Source: Pirellulales bacterium
GTDB lineage: Bacteria > Planctomycetota > Planctomycetia > Pirellulales > Thermoguttaceae
Assembly (NCBI GenBank): GCA_016928165.1
Contig: JAFGLH010000185.1
Location: 5,759-69,758, forward strand
Length of the DNA: 64,000 nucleotides
Direction of reading: 5' to 3'
Position numbers and translations under genes: made by a program. Of this stretch, positions 57,801 to 64,000 are shown piece by piece. The first letter of the stretch is position 1. Every line of letters starts with the position of its first letter. The notes under the pieces were generated by a model. It had not been told where the DNA came from and ran no database searches. It worked only from the letters and a program-made list of their open reading frames with translations.

Positions 57801-58407
57801 GTACGTCCTCGAAGGGGACGCCATTACTTCCGGCAAACACACCGTCGAACTGAAGGTCAACGGGCGCGGCCCGCTCTACTACAACGGATACCTGACCACC
57901 TTCACGCTCGAAGATTTCATCCGCCGGGCCGGGCTGGAGATCAAGGTCAACCGCAAGTATTACAAGCTGGTCAAGGTCGATAAGTCGATCCACGCGGCCG
58001 GCTCGCGCGGGCAGGCCGTCGATCAAAAGGTCGAAAAATACGAGCGGCAAGAACTCGAAAACCTCGCCGAACTGAAAAGCGGCGATCTGGTCGAGATCGA
58101 GTTGGAAATCGACAGCAAGAACGACTACGAGTACCTGGTCTTCGAGGACATGAAGCCGTCGGGCTTCGAGCCGGTCGAGCTGCGCAGCGGCTACAACGGC
58201 AACGACCTGAGCGCATACGTCGAGTACCGCGACAACCGCGTGGTCTTTTTCGCCCGCGCGGTCGCCCGGGGCAAGCACAGCGTTTCGTATCGGATGCGGA
58301 CCGAGATACCGGGCAAGTTCAGCGCCTTGCCGACCCGCGGCTGGGCGATGTACGCGCCCGAGTTGAAGGCCAATTCGGACGAGATCAAGCTGCGAGTGGA
58401 GGATTAA
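51856..58407 (+). CDS. giant bacterial alpha-2-macroglobulin family protein with thioester motif
   Basis: Signal peptide MKSLVCWLSTAVVFGAFSVAAASA after an AGGGAG Shine-Dalgarno sequence. Repeated MG-type beta-sandwich regions. Thioester motif YGCTEQ (about 56686-56700). A C-terminal receptor-binding-like domain. Start moved to ATG 51856. Confidence 0.9.
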   Translation: MKSLVCWLSTAVVFGAFSVAAASAADLDSLRNQMQNNFKQGNFKDAYEGFRKLALDPDDAARLVGSDLYMAVQCLQRLNRLSEVDVLLEDAVRVHKGNWRLLQAAASQYMQIPHFGYIVAGKFERGQHRGGGRVVNSTERDRVRALQLMVQAMPTAMTDDDHGDVAGYLSTLGEMLLNNRGYGEAWRLQYLTDLNVLPDYEEGWGYGRQTSGAPVDNDGKPVFYSVPKTFESSVNDGQRWRWCLQQTAEMDPQRMNSVRMQFANFLENQFGVQTMVQWGWRFRQMETDDTREDESGTYALHTLGENETIARLATGIKRFELPDEFNYIKIYRQVADDVGQVGNLSHNNIEALEHLAQIFENRRQYPKAADYWRRLLKDYPNYDRRQRETWKQRLDQIVGAWGRFEPAQTEPAGRGATVAYRFRNGRQIALTAHEIKVEKLLDDVKTYIKSRPGRIDHRKINIGDVGHRLVAENQEKYLGEKVAEWKMMVNPQPDHFDKRVTIATPLQKPGAYLIEARMADGNTSFIVLWVDDTAIVKKQLENKTYYFVADAVSGKPVARANVEFFGWRMIHHNRPQRFEILTKQFAEYTDADGQVILGKDDQPNEYQWLATARTKDGRFAYLGFDHVWFGRRHDAEYNEVKAYAITDRPVYRPDQKVHYKFWVRHAKYDMSDTSEFAGREFVVEIHNPKGDKVADQTLKADAYGGIEGEYPLPTDATLGVYSIVVKDSSRNLGGGHFRVEEYKKPEYEVTVEAPERPVMLGDKITVTIKAKYYFGSPVVHAKVKYTVKRDSYDGRWYPGGPWDWLYGPGYWWFGYDYDWFPGWKSWGCQRPTPFWWPRGHQPPELVVDREVEIGEDGTVKVEIDTSVAQAIHPDQDHSYTITAEVVDQSRRTIVGTGRVLVARKPFKVFAWVDRGYFRVGDTIGAHFRARTLDGKPVEGRGELKLLKITYRDGKPIETPVQTWELDTNAEGAAHQQMTASESGQYRISYKLTSSPLPQAGEGPGVRADGTSNQTTNSPHLNPLPKGEGTMHTVEGGYLFTVIGEGFDGAQYRFNHLELIPDKKEYAPGDTIKLQINTARAGGTVLLFARPTNGVYLPPQIIRLDGKSTIEEIGVVQKDMPNFFVEAVTVADGRVYTESKEIVVPPEKRILNVGIEPSKEAYKPGEKAKAKIKLTDMTGEPFVGSTVVAIYDKSVEYISGGSNVPDIKEFFWKWRRHHHPQTQSSLGRWFGNMQRPKTVGMSDLGVFGGTVADEVTGQWDSDAMNSPMPGMAQAGFGGRGEGKRMAKSMVAGAPLETAAAPMMVMEEADKGLAADGAAEAPMVEPTVRTKFADTALWVGALTTAKDGTAEVSLEMPENLTTWRIKVWGMGQGTRVGQGFTDVVTRKDLIIRMEAPRFFVQTDEVVLSAIVHNYLKSVKGVKGVKSMKVELDLDSDLFQPIDVDSSATITVNANGNSLHEKVVKTLDALHDSFPGRTFRLQEWNGKDIGYTISQTVEVKAEGEARVDWRVKVLDEGEAVIRMKALTNEESDAMEQRFPCYIHGMLKMEAVSGSIPSSPRPQAGEGPGVRVGSFMIDVPAERRPKDSRLEVRFSPTLAGAMVDALPYLVDYPYGCTEQTLNRFLPTVVTQKILLDMKLDLKEIERKRTNLNAQEIGDDAERAKQWGRGLSRFSHSENGTVPFARNPVFNEDEVRKMVKEGVEALTEMQCSDGGWGWFSGWGEHSSPHTTALVVHGLQIARANDVALVPGMLEGGVQWLRRYQDEQIELLKNASIKDKPKDLRWKKYADNIDAFVYMVLVDAGVKNPEMLDFLYRDRTHLAVYAMAMYGLALEKQGARVFPSPSGRGAGGEGGLNEKLTMIMRNISQYLEQDDENQTAWLRLPGGYWWCWYGSEYESQGYYLKLLARTDPKGEVAPRLVKYLLNNRKHATYWNSTRDTAICVEAMADFIRASGEDRPEMTVEIFYDGKLQKAVEITPQNLFQFDNKYVLEGDAITSGKHTVELKVNGRGPLYYNGYLTTFTLEDFIRRAGLEIKVNRKYYKLVKVDKSIHAAGSRGQAVDQKVEKYERQELENLAELKSGDLVEIELEIDSKNDYEYLVFEDMKPSGFEPVELRSGYNGNDLSAYVEYRDNRVVFFARAVARGKHSVSYRMRTEIPGKFSALPTRGWAMYAPELKANSDEIKLRVED
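54834..54942. repeat. two inverted PLP elements inside the A2M CDS, read in frame
   Basis: Copies at 54834-54875 and 54905-54942, translated as SSPLPQAGEGPGVRADGTSNQTTNSPHLNPLPKGEGT. Confidence 0.85.
56095..56135. repeat. 9-nt tandem array (GTGTGAAGG family) inside the A2M CDS
   Basis: The sequence gaagagtgtgaagggtgtgaagggtgtgaagagtatgaagg is translated as KSVKGVKGVKSMK. A segment of about 37 percent GC follows directly. Confidence 0.9.
56516..56558. repeat. PLP element inside the A2M CDS
   Basis: The sequence tcctcccctcgcccgcaagcgggagaggggccgggagtgagag is translated as SSPRPQAGEGPGVRV. Confidence 0.85.
57361..57399. repeat. PLP element inside the A2M CDS (second open frame)
   Basis: The sequence ttcccctctccctcagggagaggggcagggggtgagggc is translated as FPSPSGRGAGGEG. 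Confidence 0.85.
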
Positions 58408-58410
58408 AAC

Positions 58411-58450
58411 AGCCCTCCCCTTGCCCGCTTGCGGGGGAGGGGCCGGGGGC
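58411..58450. repeat. PLP element between the convergent A2M and recJ genes
   Basis: The sequence agccctccccttgcccgcttgcgggggaggggccgggggc begins just after the A2M stop. Confidence 0.8.
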
Positions 58451-58468
58451 AATGGCGGCAGACGTAGT

Positions 58469-60235
58469 CTACATCGTCCCGCTTGGTCGCCAATCGACCA
58501 GGTGCAGTTCGACGCTTTGCCGGCCGCGGAAATGATTGATTACCGGACGGAAGGCGACGTCCATCGGTCCGTCCAGGGCGGCCAACTGTTCCGCCCATTC
58601 GCCGCCGCCGAAGGCCACGGCGCGGAGGGCTACGTCGTGCTGCGAAAGTGTCATCGCCAGATGGTGGCCGCCGCTGCCCAGCGGTTTTGGCGCGCCGGCC
58701 AGCGTCACGCCGGTCGTGCAAAGCAGCGGTCGGGCGTTGCCGTGGCCGAAGGGGGCCAAACGCTCCACGTGGCGGACCGTCTCCAGCGTGAGTGCGCTGA
58801 GCGGCGCTTCGACGTCGATGAATATCTCCGCCTCGCGCTGGTCGCGGGGGATGCGTTCCTCGGCCAAGCGGCAGAAGGCCGCGCGGAAGTCGGCCAACCG
58901 ATGCTCATCGATTCGCAGCCCGGCGGCCGCAGCGTGGCCGCCGTGGGCCAGCAAATGTTCGCCGCAATCGGCCAAGGCGGCATGCAGCTCGAAGCCGGGC
59001 ACGCTTCGCGCCGAGCCGACGCCCGGCTTCACGCCCGACTTGTCCAAGGCGATCAGGACCACCGGGCGATGATACTTTTCGGCCAAGCGCCCGGCGACGA
59101 TGCCGATCACGCCCGCGTGCCAGCCGCGATCGGCCAGCACCAGCGCGGCGTCCTCGACCGAATCGAACGATTCCTTGATCTGCTTCGAGGCGGCGAGCTG
59201 AATACTCCGCTCGATGGTCCGCCGCGAGTCGTTCAGCCCGTTGATGTATCGAGCCAGCTCCTCGGCCCTTTCCGGCCGGTCGGTTACCAACAGTTCGACG
59301 GCCAGTTGCGGCTGTCCGAGCCGACCGGCGGCGTTGATTCGCGGGGCAAGTTGAAAGGCGACGTCCTCGGCCTCGATGCGGATCCTGCCGTCGTGCCGTT
59401 TTTTGGGGGTGATTTTTGCGACGCTCATCAGCGCGGTCAATCCCGGCGTGGGCGCGGCGGCCAGGCTCTCCATGCCGTGGCGGACAATCACCCGGTTTTC
59501 GTCGACCAGCGGGACCACGTCGGCGATGGTCCCCAGCGCGGCCAGCCCGACGGCTTGAACGAGAAAATCTTTCATTCGCGGGGCGACCCGTTTCGCTCCG
59601 CCGGCCCGTTGGCAAACGGCCCAGGCCAATTTCATCGCCACGCCCGAGCCGCTAAGATCGCCGAACGGATAGCACCCTCCATCGATGCGTGGATGGACAA
59701 TCGCATCGGCCTCGGGCAGCCGAGGGCCAGGCTCGTGGTGGTCGGTGACGATCAGCTCGATGCCCAATTGCCTGGCGAGCGCCGCCTCCTCGACGCCGGC
59801 GATTCCGCAATCGACGGTAATCAACAGCTTGGTTCCCTCGGCAGCCAAGGAGCGGAGGGCCTCGGCGTTCAGACCGTAGCCCTCGTCCGTGCGGTGGGGA
59901 ACGTAGTATCCGACTTCGGCTCCCAACAATTTCAGACACAACCAGAGTATGGCCGTGCCACTAATGCCGTCCACGTCGTAATCGCCGTAGACGGTAATGC
60001 GTCGCTTATCGGCGACGGCTTCATGAACAAGTTTCGCGGCCCGAGCGCAACCGGGCAAGAGTTCCGGCTCGTGTAGGGCGGTAAGCTTGGGGTCGAGAAA
60101 CACTTTCGCGGCGGCCGGATCGGTCACTCCGCGGCAGACGAGCAACTCGGCCACTACCGCCGGGATGTCGGCGGATCGCCGTAGGTCTTCGATGCGGGCG
60201 AGATCGTGGCAGTGGATGCGCCAACGCTTGGACAT
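58469..60235 (-). CDS. recJ: single-stranded-DNA-specific exonuclease RecJ
   Basis: DHH family motifs VYGDYDVDGISG, TVDCGI and VTDHHEPG, a DHHA1 GGHAAAAG motif, and typical length. Confidence 0.9.
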   Translation of the reverse strand: MSKRWRIHCHDLARIEDLRRSADIPAVVAELLVCRGVTDPAAAKVFLDPKLTALHEPELLPGCARAAKLVHEAVADKRRITVYGDYDVDGISGTAILWLCLKLLGAEVGYYVPHRTDEGYGLNAEALRSLAAEGTKLLITVDCGIAGVEEAALARQLGIELIVTDHHEPGPRLPEADAIVHPRIDGGCYPFGDLSGSGVAMKLAWAVCQRAGGAKRVAPRMKDFLVQAVGLAALGTIADVVPLVDENRVIVRHGMESLAAAPTPGLTALMSVAKITPKKRHDGRIRIEAEDVAFQLAPRINAAGRLGQPQLAVELLVTDRPERAEELARYINGLNDSRRTIERSIQLAASKQIKESFDSVEDAALVLADRGWHAGVIGIVAGRLAEKYHRPVVLIALDKSGVKPGVGSARSVPGFELHAALADCGEHLLAHGGHAAAAGLRIDEHRLADFRAAFCRLAEERIPRDQREAEIFIDVEAPLSALTLETVRHVERLAPFGHGNARPLLCTTGVTLAGAPKPLGSGGHHLAMTLSQHDVALRAVAFGGGEWAEQLAALDGPMDVAFRPVINHFRGRQSVELHLVDWRPSGTM

Positions 60236-60309
60236 GGAGATAAGCCATCAGTGATCAGTTTTCAGTTGTTTTCCGCCAAAACCGCTGAATACTGATAACT
60301 GAAAACTGA

Positions 60310-60474
60310 TTACTTCTTCTTTTCGGTATGCACGGTATGTTTCCGCAGCCGGGGAGAGTATTTTTTCAGGCTCAACTTTTCCCCGCCCGGCTTCCGCCGC
60401 AGCGTGTAGTTGTAGTCGCCCGTCTCCTTGCAAACCAGGAATACGACCTCCGCTTTTTTCTTGCCCTTCGCCAT
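60310..60474 (-). CDS. rpmG: 50S ribosomal protein L33
   Basis: Below the ORF-track size cutoff and found by hand. Translation: MAKGKKKAEVVFLVCKETGDYNYTLRRKPGGEKLSLKKYSPRLRKHTVHTEKKK, the typical L33 pattern. It lies inside the spurious track ORF 60248..60817. Confidence 0.85.
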   Translation of the reverse strand: MAKGKKKAEVVFLVCKETGDYNYTLRRKPGGEKLSLKKYSPRLRKHTVHTEKKK

Positions 60475-61024
60475 TTATAACCCTCCGAGCCGATAAATCG
60501 AGAAACCCTAAACAGGGTCGAAACATGCATTGTACTAATAAAGCGCCCCTCTGGGAACGACCATTCGCTTGGATTCGCGTTGCACCCTCCGGTTGGCAGA
60601 ATTCCGAGTCCCGGATGTGTAAAATACTGGAGGTGCGAAGGGCGACAACCACCAGCGCGAATGGGGGGGATGTTGACGTTTCACCCATTTTTTCCCGGTG
60701 ATTCCATGATGGAAGCTGTTTTGATTTATCGGCGCCGCCCATTGCCGTAAGTCGCGCGGGAACTGCCGGTAGCGTACTTTCCCCATATATGGAGGGTAGC
60801 GTGTTTGTTCCAATCAAGTTAAAATAAATGGTTGGGGATGTCGGTTTGGGCAGCCGGCATGTAGGCGAGTTGTTAGATTACCCTTCTCAAATTGAATACT
60901 ATGGACCTGGTGTAGCCGTCGCCGGGTTTAAGCGGATATTATCGCGCTTTTTGTTGCAATTTGCGCAGATTACGTTACGCTAAATATACTTATTAAATCG
61001 GGCCCTTTTCGGGAGCGCCAGGCC

Positions 61025-62719
61025 ATGTCGAATGTGCCTCTGGCCGAAATAAAATTGAAAGTGGCCAAACCGCTCGGCCGGGAAGGATGGTCGGGCGGAC
61101 GGACCGCACACCCGATAGGCGCCGATTCAACGTCTTTCGCCAACAATCGCCCCCACTCGCTGCCGCAAGCCGAACTTCTGCCCGAGGTGGGACACGTCGA
61201 AAATGCCTTGCCTTTAGGATTGTTGACGGGCAAGCACGGCTTGACGGTCTCCATTTTCTGTCTGGCCCAACTGTTCGTCCACGAAGCGCCCGCCTGGATG
61301 GTAAGCATGGTCGTCCACATGGTCACTTTGGTGACGATGGCCATGGTTACCGTCTCCGAGCCGGTCCCCTACAAACCGCAACACCTTATCGTCACCCCCC
61401 CGCCAGAAAAGAAGGAAGTCGAGGAGATCGTGGACGTTCCCGACGACCAACCTGATAGATTGGACGACGCTGCGGTGTTCGAGGTGGAAGCCCTGGACAA
61501 GCACTACGAACAGTCGATGAAGTACATCGACCCGATCGACGAACCGGAAGCCGCGCCGGCATCACCCAAAACGACCGACTCCGGCCCGGACCTGGTGTCG
61601 CCAAGCGAGATGCTCAAGTTGGACGGCGCACATGGCTACAGCCCGTATTCCATGCGGAAAAACGTGCCTAATAACGTCAATCAACTCGAGCGGGAGGGCG
61701 GTTCCCAGGCCAGCGAGCACGCGGTGGCCAAGGCGTTGAAGTGGCTTTCCATCCACCAATTGCCCGACGGCGGTTGGAGCTTCGACCTGACGAAGTGTCC
61801 TCATTGCAAGGGCAAATGCCGCAACTCAGGCTCATACGGCAAGGCCCGCGTCGCCGCCACCGGCTTGGCCCTGCTGCCGTTCCTCGGTACCGGCGACACG
61901 CACAAGGAAAGCAAGCGATACAAATCGACCATCCATCGCGGCTTGCAATTCCTTGTCAACCAGATGCGCGTGGGCAGCCACGGCGGCGCGTTGAACGAGT
62001 CTTACGGAACGATGTACTCGCACGGCATCGCAGCCACGGCCATCTGCGAGGCCTACGGCATGACGAGAGACCCGGACCTGCTGGCCCCGACTCGCGCGGT
62101 GCTCGGTTTCATCTGCTACGCCCAGGACCCGATCGGCGGCGGTTGGCGATACCGGCCGCGTCAGAAGGGGGACACGTCGGTAGTCGGCTGGCAATTGATG
62201 GCCTTGAAGAGCGGCTACATGGCCGGCTTCGAGATCCCCGCGCAGGTCGTCGAGCGAACTTCCCTGTTTCTCGACAGCGTGCAGACCAACGGCGGCGCCG
62301 GCTACGGTTACACCACCCCCGGCCAGGGCGAGGCGACCACCGCCATCGGCCTGCTCTGCCGCATGTATCTCGGCTGGAAGCGGGACAATCCAGCCTTGGA
62401 GCGGGGCGTGCGAATGCTCAGCAAGCGCGGCCCCTCGCCCAGCAACATGTACTACAACTACTACGCCACCCAGGTCATGCGGCACTGGGAGGGCGAGCCG
62501 TGGGAAAACTGGAACCGGCAGATGCGCGACCAGTTGGTCCACAGCCAGGCCAAGCAGGGACACGAAGAGGGTAGTTGGTTCACCGGCAGCGGCGACCTCG
62601 GCGCCCCGACCGGCGGACGGCTCTATTGCACGGCAATGGCCGCGATGATCCTCGAGGTCTACTATCGCCACATGCCCATCTACAGTTCCGGGAGCGTCGA
62701 GCAGGACTTCCCCGATTGA
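61025..62719 (+). CDS. membrane-anchored prenyltransferase/squalene-oxidase-repeat (alpha/alpha toroid) protein
   Basis: A TM helix (WMVSMVVHMVTLVTMAMVTV). After it come repeats of the terpene-cyclase-like type (QLPDGGWSF, QDPIGGGWRY, NGGAGYGY) and a CPHCKGKC cluster. The start is uncertain. Confidence 0.7.
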   Translation: MSNVPLAEIKLKVAKPLGREGWSGGRTAHPIGADSTSFANNRPHSLPQAELLPEVGHVENALPLGLLTGKHGLTVSIFCLAQLFVHEAPAWMVSMVVHMVTLVTMAMVTVSEPVPYKPQHLIVTPPPEKKEVEEIVDVPDDQPDRLDDAAVFEVEALDKHYEQSMKYIDPIDEPEAAPASPKTTDSGPDLVSPSEMLKLDGAHGYSPYSMRKNVPNNVNQLEREGGSQASEHAVAKALKWLSIHQLPDGGWSFDLTKCPHCKGKCRNSGSYGKARVAATGLALLPFLGTGDTHKESKRYKSTIHRGLQFLVNQMRVGSHGGALNESYGTMYSHGIAATAICEAYGMTRDPDLLAPTRAVLGFICYAQDPIGGGWRYRPRQKGDTSVVGWQLMALKSGYMAGFEIPAQVVERTSLFLDSVQTNGGAGYGYTTPGQGEATTAIGLLCRMYLGWKRDNPALERGVRMLSKRGPSPSNMYYNYYATQVMRHWEGEPWENWNRQMRDQLVHSQAKQGHEEGSWFTGSGDLGAPTGGRLYCTAMAAMILEVYYRHMPIYSSGSVEQDFPD

Positions 62720-63050
62720 CGTTTTTCGACGCGTTTCCGCGTTCCTTCCCGCGTAGCTTAGGCACTCTCATACCTGACACTTAAGCAGAACCGAGTTAAC
62801 GCCAGGTGCGGAGTACCCAGCCTATCTCCGGCCTACTCGTCGGCATACAACCATCTCTATTCGCATTTTCAACCCTTTCCGCACGAAACGACGGCGACGG
62901 CGATCCGCCCGAGGTGCGAAAATAACGCACAATCTGGATTGGGGTTATCGTGCAACCTATGTATTCTCAGGCGGAGAAGCAGTCCGAGGCCGATCGAGTA
63001 TCGTCGGCCGTCTTCTCCCGCATCGCACACACTATTCGAGGAGGTGGATC

Positions 63051-63767
63051 GTGAGAACTGTTGTTACTGCATTGGCGCTGGCGCTGGCGTTGTGTTCGTT
63101 CTGCCCGGCCGCCGATCATCCCGCCAAGACGTTCAACACGAACATGCCGGCGGGGGAGATGATGAAGGTATCGCAAGACGGTTTTACCGCCATGAGGGCG
63201 ATCCGCGCCGCGCGGCTGGCCATCTTCAACGGAGAGCCGGAAGTGGCGACCGAGATGCTCGACAAGGCCAAGAATAATCTCCAGCAAGCGTATAACGACT
63301 TCTCGGAGTTTTTCAACAAGGCCGATTACGAGGCCAATGGGCACACCCAAACCGGCACGAAAGAAACCTCGCATGTCGAGTGGATTCCCATCGACGGTCA
63401 AGTGGCCCTGGCCGAGACTTACGTTCCCTCGCTCGAGAAAGCCAAGCACATCGACAAGGCCAACATTTACTTCAAAAATGGCCAAAGCAAGCAAGCAATC
63501 GAAGAGCTTAAACTCGGCGAGATCGACGTGAGCTACACGTGCATCTTGATGCCTTGGGACGCGACGTGGAAGTGCGTAACCGAAGCCGCCAAACTCGCCG
63601 ACGAGCACAAATACTACGAGGCCAACCTAGCCCTGAAGGCGGCCGAGGACGGGCTGATCATCGACTCGACCAGCCTCGTCGGCACCCCGACGGAGGAAAC
63701 CAAGGAGCATCGGCAAAACCATCTCAAGAACCAGAACCGACAGCAACACCATCAATCAGAGTGGTAG
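63051..63767 (+). CDS. YfdX-family periplasmic protein
   Basis: GTG start 7 nt after GAGGAGG. Signal peptide. Two YfdX-type helical repeats (GFTAMRAIRAARLAIFNGEPEVATEMLDKAKNNL and KQAIEELKLGEIDVSY...). Confidence 0.75.
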   Translation: MRTVVTALALALALCSFCPAADHPAKTFNTNMPAGEMMKVSQDGFTAMRAIRAARLAIFNGEPEVATEMLDKAKNNLQQAYNDFSEFFNKADYEANGHTQTGTKETSHVEWIPIDGQVALAETYVPSLEKAKHIDKANIYFKNGQSKQAIEELKLGEIDVSYTCILMPWDATWKCVTEAAKLADEHKYYEANLALKAAEDGLIIDSTSLVGTPTEETKEHRQNHLKNQNRQQHHQSEW

Positions 63768-63806
63768 TTATACTTCCGCTTCGCGCGGCACGTTGATGAT
63801 CGGGAA

Positions 63807-63870
63807 GGAGTCCCGGGGACGGCGGCGATTCGCGGGAATCGCGGGCGTTGTCCCCAGGGCTCCGTTTTTT
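63807..63870 (+). terminator. rho-independent terminator after the yfdX-like gene
   Basis: Outer stem ggagtcccggggac / gtccccagggctcc enclosing the inner hairpin gcgattcgc-ggg-aatcgc. Followed by a T7 run (63864-63870). Confidence 0.75.
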
Positions 63871-63927
63871 TCCACGAACCGTTTGACAAACAACGGCCGA
63901 TCTGCTAAAGTCATGCTTTGTTACGAC

Positions 63928-64000
63928 GTGCGTTGGTGGTCGGTTTTTCTTGTGGGAAAGGCCGACGAACAGGGAACTCCGGTGCGAATCCGGGGCGGCC
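63928..64000 (+). promoter_or_regulatory. cobalamin (B12) riboswitch, 5 prime part, truncated by the window end
   Basis: The sequence ...ggtggtcgg...gtgggaaaggccgacgaacagggaactccggtgcgaatccggggcggcc matches the conserved 5 prime blocks of the cobalamin riboswitch (GGGAA, GGTGNGAATCC, GCNGCC). The B12 box would lie beyond position 64000. Confidence 0.55.

Noticed and set aside
58421-60076. A 551-aa plus-strand ORF opposite recJ
   Set aside because: It is antisense to recJ, which has unmistakable DHH and DHHA1 motifs, and has no motif of its own.
60476-61024. A long (about 550 nt) AT-richer spacer between rpmG and the prenyltransferase-like gene, checked for a tRNA, tmRNA, SRP RNA or RNase P RNA
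   Set aside because: I found no T-loop (GGTTCGAATCC-like) with a matching acceptor stem. There is also no tmRNA 5 prime/3 prime signature and no SRP or RNase P conserved block. A covariance-model scan would be needed to exclude other ncRNAs.

Overview
High-GC bacterial chromosome fragment: hand counts give about 59-65 percent GC in core genes and 37-50 percent in several short islands. The gene content suggests Planctomycetota (inference from content only): RAFT(L/I)xE-type pseudopilins, a MoxR/DUF58/BatA set, futalosine-pathway menaquinone genes, a PEP-CTERM protein and several giant secreted proteins.

Main blocks:
- 1-6.0 kb: phosphohexomutase fragment, PEP-CTERM protein, MoxR ATPase convergent with DUF58 and a BatA-like vWA protein.
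- 6.2-21.1 kb: a co-directional type IV pilus / type II secretion-like cluster. It has two GspE/PilB-type ATPases, PilT, one PilC/GspF, three pseudopilins and a 1668-aa GspK-like giant.
- 21.6-27.2 kb: epimerase, RpoD-like sigma factor, PPK2, and a ROK kinase fused to an Mth938-like domain.
- 27.2-33.4 kb (minus strand): mqnA, mqnC, ABC ATPase, ABC-2 permease fused to a CPBP protease, amidohydrolase.
- 33.7-36.3 kb: orphan AAA+ ATPase, a low-GC islet and a decayed ParE-type toxin-antitoxin pair.
- 36.4-47.1 kb: exopolysaccharide-type genes, envelope proteins and a GH2 hydrolase.
- 47.2-51.6 kb: a GGQ release-factor-like protein, a lone phage portal gene bracketed by inverted 70-nt repeats, hemH, and an intact DUF4258/YgiT toxin-antitoxin pair.
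- 51.9-58.4 kb: a 2183-aa thioester alpha-2-macroglobulin.
- 58.5-64.0 kb: recJ, rpmG (found by hand, not in the ORF track), a prenyltransferase-like membrane protein, a YfdX protein, a terminator, and the 5 prime half of a cobalamin riboswitch at the window end.

The most unusual signal is a dense layer of small repeats:
- a roughly 40-nt palindromic element, stop-free in 5 of 6 frames, with at least 17 copies, several lying in frame inside genes;
- 9-nt and 7-8-nt tandem arrays that form the N-terminal leaders of all four pseudopilin genes;
- five copies of a perfect 21-bp palindrome;
- a 27-bp perfect inverted repeat inside an enzyme gene;
- low-GC cassettes inside surface-protein genes.

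All coordinates, starts and GC values were worked out by hand from the sequence. No database searches were run.
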